This document shows, in pieces, positions 8,850-18,341 of a stretch of DNA of 64,000 bases. This DNA comes from Myxococcota bacterium (GTDB taxonomy: Bacteria; Myxococcota_A; UBA796; GCA-2862545), in assembly GCA_039208735.1 (NCBI GenBank), contig JBCCQY010000001.1:32001-96000 (forward strand), written 5' to 3'. The position numbers were made by a program, and so were the translations under genes. The stretch's first letter is position 1. Every line of letters starts with the position of its first letter. The notes under the pieces are model-generated. The model was not told where the DNA came from and ran no database searches. It saw nothing but the letters and a program-made list of their open reading frames with translations.

Positions 8850-10071
8850 GCGGCCACACCGTTCGTGCGAGGAGGCCTCCTTCGGGCGAGGCGGCGAGTT
8901 CGAAGGTGCCTCCATGGTGGGTCAGAATGTCCGCCACGATGGCCAGACCAAGCCCGTGGCCCTGCGATGGGCCCACGGTGCCAAACGGGGCGAGGGCATC
9001 TTCACGACGGGCCTCGGGAATGCCGGGCCCGTCATCGTGAACCTCGAGCACCGTGCCGTGCGGGGACTCATAGGTTCGCACGGTGACCCTTTGCTCGGCG
9101 AAGCGGACCGCGTTGGCGAGCAGGTTGCGCAGCACACGCACGAAGAGCTTCGGATCGGCATCGAGGGTGGCCGCTTGCAGGTCGCGTCGGAGCGTCGCCG
9201 GAGTCTCTAGGGTGCGCACGAGTGCATCGAGCACTGGGGCCAGCTCGACTCGCTGTCGGGTGGGAGGCCGGTCCGGTTCGCGCAACCGAGCGTGGGTCAG
9301 CAGGTCCTCGACCAGGCTGTCGAGTTCCGCGAGGTCGGCATCGAGGGCGGCCTCGCGGGCATCACGGTCGCCGTCGGTCTGGGCCAGCAAGTGAACGCCG
9401 ATCCGCAACCGCGCAATGGGGGTGCGTAGCTCGTGCGATGCGGTTCGCAGCAGGTGGTCCCTGGCTTGCACCAGCTTTTCGACGCGTTGCGCCATGCGGT
9501 TCAGGGCATCGCCAATGGCGGGGGCAGCGCGCATGTCGGAGACCGACACACGTGCGGCGAGATCTCCATCTCGGATGGCCAAGGCCGTTGAGGCGATGGC
9601 GCGCTGGGCTCGGTCGAGCGGACGAAGGGCGAGCCACGCGGCTACGCCGAGGGCGAAAGCAAGCCCGATGGCAAGGGCGATGCGTCCCCCCCAAGGGGTC
9701 GAGGGATACGCCGCGAAGGGGCCGACCCGAAGCCACGTGCCCTTGGATGACCGCACCAGATAGTGCTCGCGACCGTCGTGCTCATACCAGGCGGTTTGAA
9801 GGTGGGGATGGGCCAACGGAAGCGCCGCGGTCGCGGTCTGGGGCGACACCTCTCGCACGGGCACCCCCCATTGCCGTTCGAGTTCTTCGAGGGTTCGTCC
9901 CTGATCGTAGAGTTCGGCCGTGCTCCACAACCCCCCAAGGACGAACTGTTGGTAGTACTCTGCGGCGTCGTCGTTGTAGCTATCGAGGATCCACAACCCC
10001 TCTTGGACGAGCAGGCCCGCGGTAAGGAGTGCGGTGGTGATTCCCCAAAGCCAAAGGTAGACCCGCTTCAT
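8833..10071 (-). CDS. Sensor histidine kinase (RstB-like; HAMP-HisKA-HATPase)
   Basis: Two TM segments; SHELRTP, NLLANAVRF, DDGPGIP, GHGLGL; ATGA overlap with the response regulator. Confidence 0.92.
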   Translation of the reverse strand: MKRVYLWLWGITTALLTAGLLVQEGLWILDSYNDDAAEYYQQFVLGGLWSTAELYDQGRTLEELERQWGVPVREVSPQTATAALPLAHPHLQTAWYEHDGREHYLVRSSKGTWLRVGPFAAYPSTPWGGRIALAIGLAFALGVAAWLALRPLDRAQRAIASTALAIRDGDLAARVSVSDMRAAPAIGDALNRMAQRVEKLVQARDHLLRTASHELRTPIARLRIGVHLLAQTDGDRDAREAALDADLAELDSLVEDLLTHARLREPDRPPTRQRVELAPVLDALVRTLETPATLRRDLQAATLDADPKLFVRVLRNLLANAVRFAEQRVTVRTYESPHGTVLEVHDDGPGIPEARREDALAPFGTVGPSQGHGLGLAIVADILTHHGGTFELAASPEGGLLARTVWPPTAPG

Positions 10072-10745
10072 TCGGCCGGAGGCATCAGGTACCCCTCCCC
10101 ATGGATGGTCTTGACCCATTGTCGGTCGTTTGAGCCGTCCGCCAACGTCTTTCGAACGCGCGAGATTCGAACGTCCATGGACCGATCGACGCCATCGTAG
10201 GGAAAGCCTCGAAGGTCGCGGTAGAGCTGGTCGCGAGAGACGACCTGCCCCACCCGTTCGATGAGGTAGTGCAGGAGCTGGAACTCGGCGGTGGACAGTT
10301 CGAGCGGGGTGTCGTCGAGCAGGGCCACCCGCCGCCGCGGATCCACGATCAACGGTCCATTTCGTAGCACCGAAGTGGGAGTCAAGGCCGGACGACGAAG
10401 CAGAGCGCCGACCCGAGCGAGGAGTCGGCGCGGAGCCACGGGCTTCGCCAGGTAGTCGTCTGCCCCCAGTTCGAGGCCGACCACTTCGTCGATCTCGTCC
10501 CCTCGTGCGGTCAGGATCAGGATTCGGCCTGGGTACTCGGCACGTACCTGTCGGCAAACACTGAATCCATCTTGCCCCGGGAGTCCGATGTCGAGAATGA
10601 CGAGTTCAGGCTCTTCGGCGCGAATTCGTGTCACCGCCTCATCGCCGCGCGTGCAGATGCTCGCCGTATGTCCCGCTCCCGCCAACAGCTCCACGAGCAA
10701 GGCAGCTAGCCGTTCATCGTCCTCGACCACGAGCACTTGGGCCAT
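10068..10745 (-). CDS. OmpR-family response regulator (RstA-like)
   Basis: VVEDD, LDIGLP, LTARG, ADDYLAKP; RGFPYDGVDRSMDVRISR. Confidence 0.95.
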   Translation of the reverse strand: MAQVLVVEDDERLAALLVELLAGAGHTASICTRGDEAVTRIRAEEPELVILDIGLPGQDGFSVCRQVRAEYPGRILILTARGDEIDEVVGLELGADDYLAKPVAPRRLLARVGALLRRPALTPTSVLRNGPLIVDPRRRVALLDDTPLELSTAEFQLLHYLIERVGQVVSRDQLYRDLRGFPYDGVDRSMDVRISRVRKTLADGSNDRQWVKTIHGEGYLMPPAE

Positions 10746-11099
10746 CTAGCGGTCCAATTCGCACTGGACCCAGGTCTGAAGCCGCTCCCGTTCGGTCTCG
10801 GAGCTGCCTCCCACGGGGGGCATGTCTCGATCCGGAGACGCCGCCCGGGCGAGGATCCGCTCGAAGTGGCGAGCCGCACCGGCCTCGGTATCGAAGTCGA
10901 CCCCTACCGGAGCCCCCGCCCGGTCCTCGTCGGTCAGGGCTTGGTGATGGCAGCCCATGCACCAGCTCCGCAGGTATCCTTCGCCGAAGGTCTCCCAGGT
11001 CAGCCGGGCGCAGGGGTCGGAGGTGTCGATCGAGGCGACGGAGGCTGGTTCGCCACAGCTGACTACGACCAGCGCGCCCAGACTACGCCACCACGGCAC
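10746..11099 (-). CDS. Small monoheme cytochrome c lipoprotein
   Basis: Lipobox VVSC; CMGCH; distal MPP Met ligand candidate. Confidence 0.75.
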   Translation of the reverse strand: MPWWRSLGALVVVSCGEPASVASIDTSDPCARLTWETFGEGYLRSWCMGCHHQALTDEDRAGAPVGVDFDTEAGAARHFERILARAASPDRDMPPVGGSSETERERLQTWVQCELDR

Positions 11100-12315
11100 G
11101 AATCACCTCGGCCTTGGGGTAGAGTGCGGACGCGTCGAGCCCCATCAGGGATGCGGTCGTGGCGAGGACGTCTTCGGCCTGCAAGGCGCGACCTGCCGCA
11201 TCGGGGCGACCCGTCTTGAGATCGACGGGGCGTTGTTGCAGTCCTTCGTCGCTGCCGTCGACGAGGGTGGAACGAACGCCTGGACCGATCAGCATCGCGC
11301 TCGTAAAGGGCCAATGATCCTTGCCTTCGAGTCGGTTGAGCAAGGGCGACCGGCCCATCTCAGAGATGACGAGCACGACGGTCCGATCGGCTTCGCCAGC
11401 CGTTTGAAGGGCCGTCATCAGTCGGTCGAGCCCCGCGAACAGGTCGTGGAAGAGGGGGCGCTGCAGGCGATTCGCGCTGTGGGTGTCCCAGTACCCGTCG
11501 TCCTGGACGAACACGGCCCGGCTGAAGCCTTCCGCAAGGGCTGCGGCCGCCTTCTCGAACGGATCGGTCTGGTACAGGCCCTCCGGATCGGCGAGGAATC
11601 CCCCTTGGTCGGCGTGCTGGCGAATCGCCGCGGCGCGGTCGAGCGACGTTCGCCAGTCTTGCACGGTCTGAACGTCGCCGGGACGGGCCTTTGCAAACCG
11701 CGAGTGGGCCACGTCGAGGTACTGGCTCACGGCGTCGGAGGCGGCGGCATCGGGTCGGTACGGGACCGTGGCCGATGGGTAGGCAAAATCCGGAACCACC
11801 AACGATGCGAGCTGGTTGCTGTAGCCGAGGACGCCACTTTGGGCGGCAAGGGACTGCGGGCGGGCTCCGGCGCCGGTGCGCAGGTAGGGCAGCGGAAGGT
11901 CCCGACCCAGCGCGTCAGCGACCCGTGCGCCAAGGTCAGGCGGGTGGGCGAGTCCCACGGAGCCCGTCAACACCTTCTGGGCGCAGGTCTCGTGGACCAA
12001 CGAGTTGACGGCGACCCCGTTCACCACCGCCATGCGATCCGCGTAGGCGGTCAGGAAGTCGTGGACGTCGGTGCGGTTGCCTCCGGATGGCCGCCACAAG
12101 GGCAAAGCCCCGTACTCGACCACCTCACCGTCAGGAGTGTCGACGAGGGACGAGCCGGGTTTGGGATCGAAGAGGTAGGTCGGGTCCCACCCCCCGTAGG
12201 CGAACACGATGACCAGGCGGGGGTCACTCGGGGAGGCGGCACGCGCGGACCGCGCACCCATCCAACCCACCGAGGCGGCGGCTCCCAGCTTGAGGAGGTC
12301 TCGACGGCGAAACAT
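11083..12315 (-). CDS. DUF1501-family Tat-exported protein
   Basis: MFRRRDLLK Tat motif; GGWDPT, WDTHS, SEMGRSP, GKDHWP. Confidence 0.88.
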   Translation of the reverse strand: MFRRRDLLKLGAAASVGWMGARSARAASPSDPRLVIVFAYGGWDPTYLFDPKPGSSLVDTPDGEVVEYGALPLWRPSGGNRTDVHDFLTAYADRMAVVNGVAVNSLVHETCAQKVLTGSVGLAHPPDLGARVADALGRDLPLPYLRTGAGARPQSLAAQSGVLGYSNQLASLVVPDFAYPSATVPYRPDAAASDAVSQYLDVAHSRFAKARPGDVQTVQDWRTSLDRAAAIRQHADQGGFLADPEGLYQTDPFEKAAAALAEGFSRAVFVQDDGYWDTHSANRLQRPLFHDLFAGLDRLMTALQTAGEADRTVVLVISEMGRSPLLNRLEGKDHWPFTSAMLIGPGVRSTLVDGSDEGLQQRPVDLKTGRPDAAGRALQAEDVLATTASLMGLDASALYPKAEVIRAVVA

Positions 12316-12324
12316 GGATGCCTC

Positions 12325-13962
12325 TCAGTAGAACAGGATGCGGGGATGTTGGAGCATGGCGAAGACCACGGCGGTCCAGGCGGCTTCGGGATTTGCGGTG
12401 CCACCTCCCGCCTGGTGGACGTCCCACAACGCATCGATTTCGGGGTTGTCGGTCGTGAGACGCTCGCCGTAGAGCCGGAAATGAAGGGTCATCAGGACCT
12501 CACGAATCTGGGCCTCGTCTGCGTCATCGGCAACCGCAGGGAGCAACCGTCGTTCGGTCGGGGCTACCGCCAGGTCGGCCTGTACGACCGTGGGCGCTGC
12601 GCGTTCGGCCAATGCGCGGAGGGCTAGCAAGGTGGTGGGATCGACGGTCGTCATGGGGTCCCACTCGTCGTAGCCGTCAGGGCCGCCTGCGAGCGTCTTG
12701 TACCCGAAGGTGACGTCCTCGAGCAGGGGCACGTCTCCGATGCGACCAAAGCCCAGACCGAAGTTCAGCGTGGTCGTCCAACGAAATCCAGTCAGGTCCT
12801 CGATCGAGCGGGCAACCATCCACGGCGTCATGCGTCGGATTCCCCGAGGGGCGGTTTCGCGGAAGGCGTTCGAAAGGACGAGGTGTTTGACGAGGGGCCG
12901 AACCTGGAATCCCGCGTCCACAAATCTCGGCAAGGCAGCGTCGACGATGGCGTTATCGACGTCCTCGGCGGGTTGGGTGAGCAGTTGCCCGGCGAATCGT
13001 CGAATGCTGCAGCGCCAAAACCGGCTGTCTTCGGCGATCTGTTGCCCAAGGTCATAGATGTCGGCCACCGGCTCACCGTAGAAGCGCGGAGGCGCGTAGT
13101 CTGCGGCGAGTGCAGGGTCGTACTCGGCGATGGGGTAGCGGAACGTGTATTGGGGAACGATCACCCTGCGGTAAGGGGCAAATGCGGCCCCGAGCGGGTC
13201 GAGGGTGTGGTGGCAGGACACGCACACCGGATTTTCTTCGATGGCGTTGCGTCCGCCGGCGGTGAGATCGGTCTCGAGCGGGACGCGGACCTCGCGCTTC
13301 ATGTAATCGTGGCAGAGCAGGGCCCGGGAGAGATGCGCGGCTCGCGAGCGTTGGCGATTGGTCTCGGTGCTTGCGTGGCGGACGTGGAGCCACGGATCCG
13401 AGAGCACCCCGGCGTGGGGGCGTCCGTCTTCGTAGGTTGTGACCTGCCAGCCGCCGGCCTCCTCGTCGTAGGGGAGGCCCCATACCGTAGCCACGACGTC
13501 GTTCGCCAGGGTGTAGTCGGCGGTCACGAGTTCGGTGTAGGGGCGGTCGGTGACCACGATGTACTCGGCTAAACGAGCCGGAGCTTCGGAGATCGACTCG
13601 TTAACCGCCCAGGCGCCTCGGTCAGCCAGTGGTCCCCGCGCCGGAAACCCCATAGGGTAGTAGTTGTTGTCGACATCCGCGAGGAGCCATTCGTCGTGCA
13701 TGTGACGTACGACTTCTCCAAACTGGGGGCTTTCCAACCACGCGTCGATCTGGGTCTCGAGTTCGTCCGGCGCGCGCTCGACGGCTTCGAGTTCTTCGAG
13801 TGAAGGGCGAACGCCGCGCAACGAAAGGCTCGCGCGTACCAAGTGCTCCGTGGGGCTTACGAAGTCCCCATCGGGCCTGTCGGCCGGTTCAGGCGGGGTT
13901 CCTGAACAACTGGCGAGCAGTGCGAACAACAGTGGGGCCAGACTCCGGCGAGGTGAACGCAT
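12325..13962 (-). CDS. Heme-binding lipoprotein of the DUF1588/DUF1592-like (PSD-related) type that partners DUF1501
   Basis: Lipobox LASC; RASLSLRGVRPS, HAGVLS, CVSCHHTLDP. Confidence 0.75.
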   Translation of the reverse strand: MRSPRRSLAPLLFALLASCSGTPPEPADRPDGDFVSPTEHLVRASLSLRGVRPSLEELEAVERAPDELETQIDAWLESPQFGEVVRHMHDEWLLADVDNNYYPMGFPARGPLADRGAWAVNESISEAPARLAEYIVVTDRPYTELVTADYTLANDVVATVWGLPYDEEAGGWQVTTYEDGRPHAGVLSDPWLHVRHASTETNRQRSRAAHLSRALLCHDYMKREVRVPLETDLTAGGRNAIEENPVCVSCHHTLDPLGAAFAPYRRVIVPQYTFRYPIAEYDPALAADYAPPRFYGEPVADIYDLGQQIAEDSRFWRCSIRRFAGQLLTQPAEDVDNAIVDAALPRFVDAGFQVRPLVKHLVLSNAFRETAPRGIRRMTPWMVARSIEDLTGFRWTTTLNFGLGFGRIGDVPLLEDVTFGYKTLAGGPDGYDEWDPMTTVDPTTLLALRALAERAAPTVVQADLAVAPTERRLLPAVADDADEAQIREVLMTLHFRLYGERLTTDNPEIDALWDVHQAGGGTANPEAAWTAVVFAMLQHPRILFY

Positions 13963-14016
13963 GGCATCTCCTGATCGCCATTGTGCACCCGTCGACGGAA
14001 CTGTGCCGTGTCCTAC

Positions 14017-14041
14017 TGTATGGAAGGTGTTTCAAGACGTA
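14017..14041 (-). promoter_or_regulatory. Putative OmpR-family (RstA-box-like) direct repeats TACG-N6-AACA-N7-TACA
   Basis: Minus strand reads ttacgtcttgaaacaccttccatacag, about 55-80 bp upstream of the operon start at 13962. Confidence 0.4.
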
Positions 14042-14108
14042 ACGGGCCCCGTGGTCTCGCTGATTGGAATGGTCTGGCGTAGCCATTCGGGCCCCTACGA
14101 TCTGACGA

Positions 14109-14897
14109 TCAGAACGCGTTGGTGGTGATGGTCACGTCGGCCTGGTCGAAGATCTCGGGATTCGAGAAGAAGGGGAAGGAGAAGGGATCCGTACCTACGA
14201 TCGACTCGATGCTGGAGCCAAATGCGGTCAGCTCCACCTGGGAGCCTTCGCCAAACCGGATGCCGGTCACCACGTTGGACTGCACCACATTGCCGTCGGT
14301 CGGCGACTGAACCCAATAATTGAACGTTGTGACCGGCTGCGGGGCTTCGTGCGGGTCAGGCAAGACCACGGGACCGTCCAATAAGAAGGCAAAATCAAAG
14401 GGCCGCGGGAACACGAGTTCGAAGTCGGCCTCGCCGGGGTTTGTGGGCGTGAGTTCATAGGACAGGAAGAATGGCGTCCAGCGTGCATTCGCGCCCGTGC
14501 TCCTCAGCTCGAGGGCGAGCAGGAGGTGGTCGGTTGCGAAGGCGAGTTGGTAAAAGTTGCCGCCATTCTCGAAGCCTGGCGGCGGCACGATGCCAACGCC
14601 GAACTGGGCGAAGATGCGGTCATGGAGGGAGATGCCGCTGGCGATGATCTCGTCACAGCGACCGCCCTGGGCCACCACCGTCGAAAGAAACAAGACCGGT
14701 GCGCCATTCTCGTCGACAATGACGTTGCCTTCATCATCGGTAGCGGGGAAGGACAGCGGAACAAACGGAGCGGGCACGAGCGCGGAAATGGCATCGGTCG
14801 GGACGACCCCGACGCCCGCAAACTCGTCACAATCGAGGTACTGGGCGTCCGGACCGGTGGCGAACGCGGGGGCAATCGAGCTGAGCAACCAGAGCAT
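14109..14897 (-). CDS. Secreted hypothetical protein (possible acetoacetate-decarboxylase-like beta fold)
   Basis: GGAG RBS; signal peptide ending AFA; LVPAPFVP motif reminiscent of the ADC-like fold (weak). Confidence 0.65.
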   Translation of the reverse strand: MLWLLSSIAPAFATGPDAQYLDCDEFAGVGVVPTDAISALVPAPFVPLSFPATDDEGNVIVDENGAPVLFLSTVVAQGGRCDEIIASGISLHDRIFAQFGVGIVPPPGFENGGNFYQLAFATDHLLLALELRSTGANARWTPFFLSYELTPTNPGEADFELVFPRPFDFAFLLDGPVVLPDPHEAPQPVTTFNYWVQSPTDGNVVQSNVVTGIRFGEGSQVELTAFGSSIESIVGTDPFSFPFFSNPEIFDQADVTITTNAF

Positions 14898-15065
14898 CGT
14901 TTCTCCCTATTGGCGCACGTAGATTTAACGTCAGAGAGCTCGATGAGCACGGCCTAGTCGGCAAATATCGGTCGTCGAAGAGCGAATCGCCACCCCTGCC
15001 GTACCGGGGCGCTATCGGACGCCCTCACCCGTGGCCGACGACGGCACGAACATCATGAGCTGTAG

Positions 15066-15476
15066 CTACGTCTGCGCCAAGGCCTCGACGAGGTCACCGA
15101 GCCGTTGATCGACTTCCGTCTGGGCACGTTCCCAATCTGGCAACGCCCGTTCAAGCAACGCGATTCCGTCGTCCGTGGCCTGCAGCGCGCGCTCTCGACC
15201 GTCGTTGGGGGAGGACACGATGATTCCATCGGCACGCATGCCTCGTAGGTTGCGCGAGAGGGTCGACTTGTCGATCTCGAGTGGTCCAACCAGTTGGGAC
15301 GCCGTCACCCCGGGGTTGGCCGCGATGGCCACGAGCAGGTTGAAGCGGGCGGCGGAAAGCCCGTGCGGGTCGAGATAGCGACCGTACAATCGCGTCAGGG
15401 ATCGATTGAGGCGACGGACACGCATCGCGTAGCAGCGTGCGGCAATGCGTTGAGCGGTGGGAAGGGGCAGGGCCAT
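15066..15476 (-). CDS. MarR-family transcriptional regulator
   Basis: CYAMRVRRLNRSLTRLY, IDKSTLSRNL, DGRER..T.DG motifs. Confidence 0.88.
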   Translation of the reverse strand: MALPLPTAQRIAARCYAMRVRRLNRSLTRLYGRYLDPHGLSAARFNLLVAIAANPGVTASQLVGPLEIDKSTLSRNLRGMRADGIIVSSPNDGRERALQATDDGIALLERALPDWERAQTEVDQRLGDLVEALAQT

Positions 15477-15481
15477 GGTGG

Positions 15482-15497
15482 GGTTGTACTTGCAACC
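15482..15497. promoter_or_regulatory. Near-perfect palindrome GGTTGTA-CT-TGCAACC, probable MarR autoregulatory operator
   Basis: Lies 5 bp upstream of the MarR ATG. Confidence 0.55.
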
Positions 15498-15726
15498 ATC
15501 CCCGCTGGCCATCACAGCGTCTTGCACCGCTACAAGGCCCAGCGGGAACCATCCCCGGCTCCGTTCCTTTGATGAGCCCCCGCACTTGGGGGCAGGGCCC
15601 GCCACGCCCAGCTGGCTCGCAGCCGAACCCGCTCCGCCCAACGCTGGAAGTGACCAGTAGCCAAGCATCATCAACGATCTGCTCGGGCCTCAGTGTGCGG
15701 ATTTCGTCCGATGCGACGGAACTCGT

Positions 15727-16724
15727 CTACGAGGCGACGAACTCGTCCAGCGAGCCCTCAAACGAGGGGAAGCGCTCAATGAGGCCGCCCAGCAATGTCT
15801 CGTCCGCCCCGTCGAGCTGGCGTTCGGCCTTGGCGGGGAGCGGGCCGAAGCGGGCCGTCAATAAAACGCGGACCGTTCGCCGAAGCGCTTCGAGACGGCC
15901 CTCCTGACGGCCTTCCTGACGGCCTTCCGAAAGCGCCTCTTGTCGGATTTGCTGTTCCCAGGTCACGATGTCTCTCTCGAATTCGGGTAGAAGCTGAATA
16001 ACACGCTGTCGTTCCTCCGCCGAGGGCGGTGCGGCCGCGCGAAAGAGGTAGTGCAAGACTGCCTGAATGCGGTCGTCGCCCCGGGGCATGGCGCGAACCT
16101 GGCGCAAGCGCGCCGCCCACCCGAGGAACTGTGTCCACGGGTGAGGGCCGCTGACGTGCTTCAGCGCCAGCAGTCCGAGCTGGAGGTGCCAGTTGGCCGC
16201 CTGCGCTTGGATCGCGTCGTCCGGGATTTGAGACAGGTCGAGGAGCACGAACGCGCCCGTGAGCTGGTTCGGCGCCAGGTTCCAGGACGCTGGCGCCCGC
16301 GCGAGTGCCTCGATGGCGGTCGGAGCGCGCCAGGGCGACGTGCCGTTGTACAGACGATGGGCAAGATGGGAGGAAGCGCTGTCAGCATGGCCTTGCCCAC
16401 CTGGTCGATGTACGCCTGCCAGATCCGCGTTTGGTACTGGACCATGCGGAAGGCCATGAGTGGGTCGGCCGCCCGCTGGTGTTCGAGCAGGACGTGGATG
16501 AGAAGCGGTTCCCCACGACGGGTCTGGATCTCGAAGATGACATCGCTACGCCGCGCCCGCCCAGTGACATCCGCGGTGTCAGTGGGGCCCTGTCGCAGGG
16601 TGGCCCAGTCGAGCTCGGCCGCGAGTGTTGGGGAGACCAACCACTGCAGCTGGGCGACCGCAACGTCGTGGTGAGCGAACAGCCGGCGGACGAAGCCGTC
16701 GTGTCTCGGAGATTTCTTGGTCAT
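15727..16724 (-). pseudogene. Rpn family recombination-promoting nuclease / putative transposase (PD-(D/E)xK), single frameshift
   Basis: HDGFVRRLF, RSDVIF, LLEHQR, MAFRMVQY in one frame; EGRQEGRQEG tail in another. Restoring one base near 16352 gives the conserved LPIVLYNG..PW. Confidence 0.85.
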
Positions 16725-16870
16725 GCGTCGTACGACTCCGCAAGCAAGGAGGTGGGGCTCGGATTCCCCAGGGGAGGCAGCCGCGCTTCACAAGGGTTTC
16801 GTTCAGCTCGCCTGTGACCGCATCGTCCGTGACCTGGCGCCCCCGGTTGCGTGGTTGTTCCCGCTGGGCC

Positions 16871-16884
16871 TACAAACGGATACG
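16871..16884 (+). promoter_or_regulatory. Putative RstA-box-like direct repeat TACA-N6-TACG
   Basis: tacaaacggatacg, about 70 bp upstream of the efflux operon start. Confidence 0.45.
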
Positions 16885-16955
16885 AGTCCGCTAAGCGTTC
16901 GCCACGGTTCGTGTGGCAGGAACCCCCTACGTGATCTCCAAGAACGGAGGTCACC

Positions 16956-18341
16956 ATGCAACGCTTTCTCGCGCTTCTTGCGCTGTCCTGGCCCGGGCTG
17001 GCGTTTGCAGCGCCCTTGCCTGAAGAAGCAGCTCACCTCGTTCCCGAGGCTTGGAGTTCGCCCACGGTGGACGCGGGACCGGCGTGGTGGGCCACGCTGG
17101 GCGGTTCGGAACTGTCGAGCCTGCTGGATTCTGCTCTGGCGGACAACGTCGATGCACAATCGGCGAACCTTCGTGTCGATCGAGCGGACGCCTTGAACCG
17201 GCAGGCGGGCTCGGCCCTTCAGCCCAGCCTCGCGATCAATGGATCGGGCACGCTGTTGCCCAACGTCAATGCGCTGGTGTTTGACCCCGATCCCAACGCG
17301 GCCCAAAGCGACACCTACAACCGCGGTGAGGTCTCGGCCGACCTCACCGTGCCCCTCACCGTCTGGAAGGGAATCCCGACCGCCCAAGCCGCCAGGTCGG
17401 ATGCAGACAGTGCCCGCGCAGGCGCCGATGATACCCGAGCCACCGTCGCGGTCCAGACGGGCCGGCTTTGGCTCGACCTTGTGTATGCCCGAGAACGGTT
17501 GCAGGTCGTCGAGCAACAGATCGCAGTCGATACCGAACTGGCCACGCTCGTGGAGGCCCGGTACCGGGCGGGGGCGGCCTCGGGCACCGAGGTCTTGCAG
17601 CAGCGTCAGCAGCTGGCATCCAGCCGCAGCAACCTTCCGGATGCGCAGGCGACCATCGTTCGGGCCGAGCGAGCGTTGAACGTTCACTTGCGACGACCCA
17701 CGGGCACGCCGGTGGCCGTCGATCGCGCCACCCTTCCGGACGCTCCCGCACGGTTGGCGATGCCGTCCCCTTCCGTGTTGGTGGAGATTGATCCAACCGT
17801 TCGGACCGCCCTTGCCGATCTGCAAGCTGCGAAACGACGGACGACCGCAGCGCGTACGGAGTTCCTTCCCGACCTCAATGCCTCGGCCTCGGCCGGCTAC
17901 ACCTACAACGACCTTCAGAGCGAGCCCATCGCCGAGAGTTGGTCGGTCGGCGTGCAGCTTTCGGTGCCGCTCTACAGTGGTGGCCGGACGAGGGGCGCCC
18001 TGGCCGAGGCTCGTGCGACAGAGGACACCGAGTCGTTCGAGGTGCAAAACGCGGTCCTCGACCTGGTGCGAGAGGTGGAGGACGCCCTGACCACCTACGC
18101 CCAGCGCGTGGCCGAGGTTGACGCCGACGCGTGGGCCTTGGAAGCAGCGCAGGCCGCGCTCACCGCTGCAAGGGCCGACTATGAAGCCGGCCAGACGTCC
18201 TACAACACAGTTCTAAACTCGCTCAATAGCCAAAAGCAGGCGGAGCTGACGCTCCTGGTCACCCGCCGCACGCAACTCGACGCCTACCTCGACGTCGCGG
18301 CCGCAGCCGCGGGCGCCTGGGTCGACGGATTGGAGGCATGA
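16956..18341 (+). CDS. TolC/OprM-family outer membrane efflux protein
   Basis: Signal peptide; WWATLG..EL..L, LPDLNASAS, SVPLYSGG; two OEP repeats. Confidence 0.92.
   Translation: MQRFLALLALSWPGLAFAAPLPEEAAHLVPEAWSSPTVDAGPAWWATLGGSELSSLLDSALADNVDAQSANLRVDRADALNRQAGSALQPSLAINGSGTLLPNVNALVFDPDPNAAQSDTYNRGEVSADLTVPLTVWKGIPTAQAARSDADSARAGADDTRATVAVQTGRLWLDLVYARERLQVVEQQIAVDTELATLVEARYRAGAASGTEVLQQRQQLASSRSNLPDAQATIVRAERALNVHLRRPTGTPVAVDRATLPDAPARLAMPSPSVLVEIDPTVRTALADLQAAKRRTTAARTEFLPDLNASASAGYTYNDLQSEPIAESWSVGVQLSVPLYSGGRTRGALAEARATEDTESFEVQNAVLDLVREVEDALTTYAQRVAEVDADAWALEAAQAALTAARADYEAGQTSYNTVLNSLNSQKQAELTLLVTRRTQLDAYLDVAAAAAGAWVDGLEA

Noticed and set aside
10957..12627. 556-aa plus-strand ORF (and similar long antisense ORFs such as 20248..21771, 28115..29401, 16803..18047)
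   Set aside because: Antisense shadows of well-supported genes in GC-rich DNA; no motifs.
15500..15720. GC-rich hairpins between marR and rpn as ncRNA, group II intron remnant or transposon end
   Set aside because: No recognisable RNA family motif, terminal inverted repeats or target duplication; hairpins are expected at this GC content.
15727..16724. Calling rpn an insertion sequence
   Set aside because: Despite the 'putative transposase' label, no IS ends are visible and the family is not shown to transpose.
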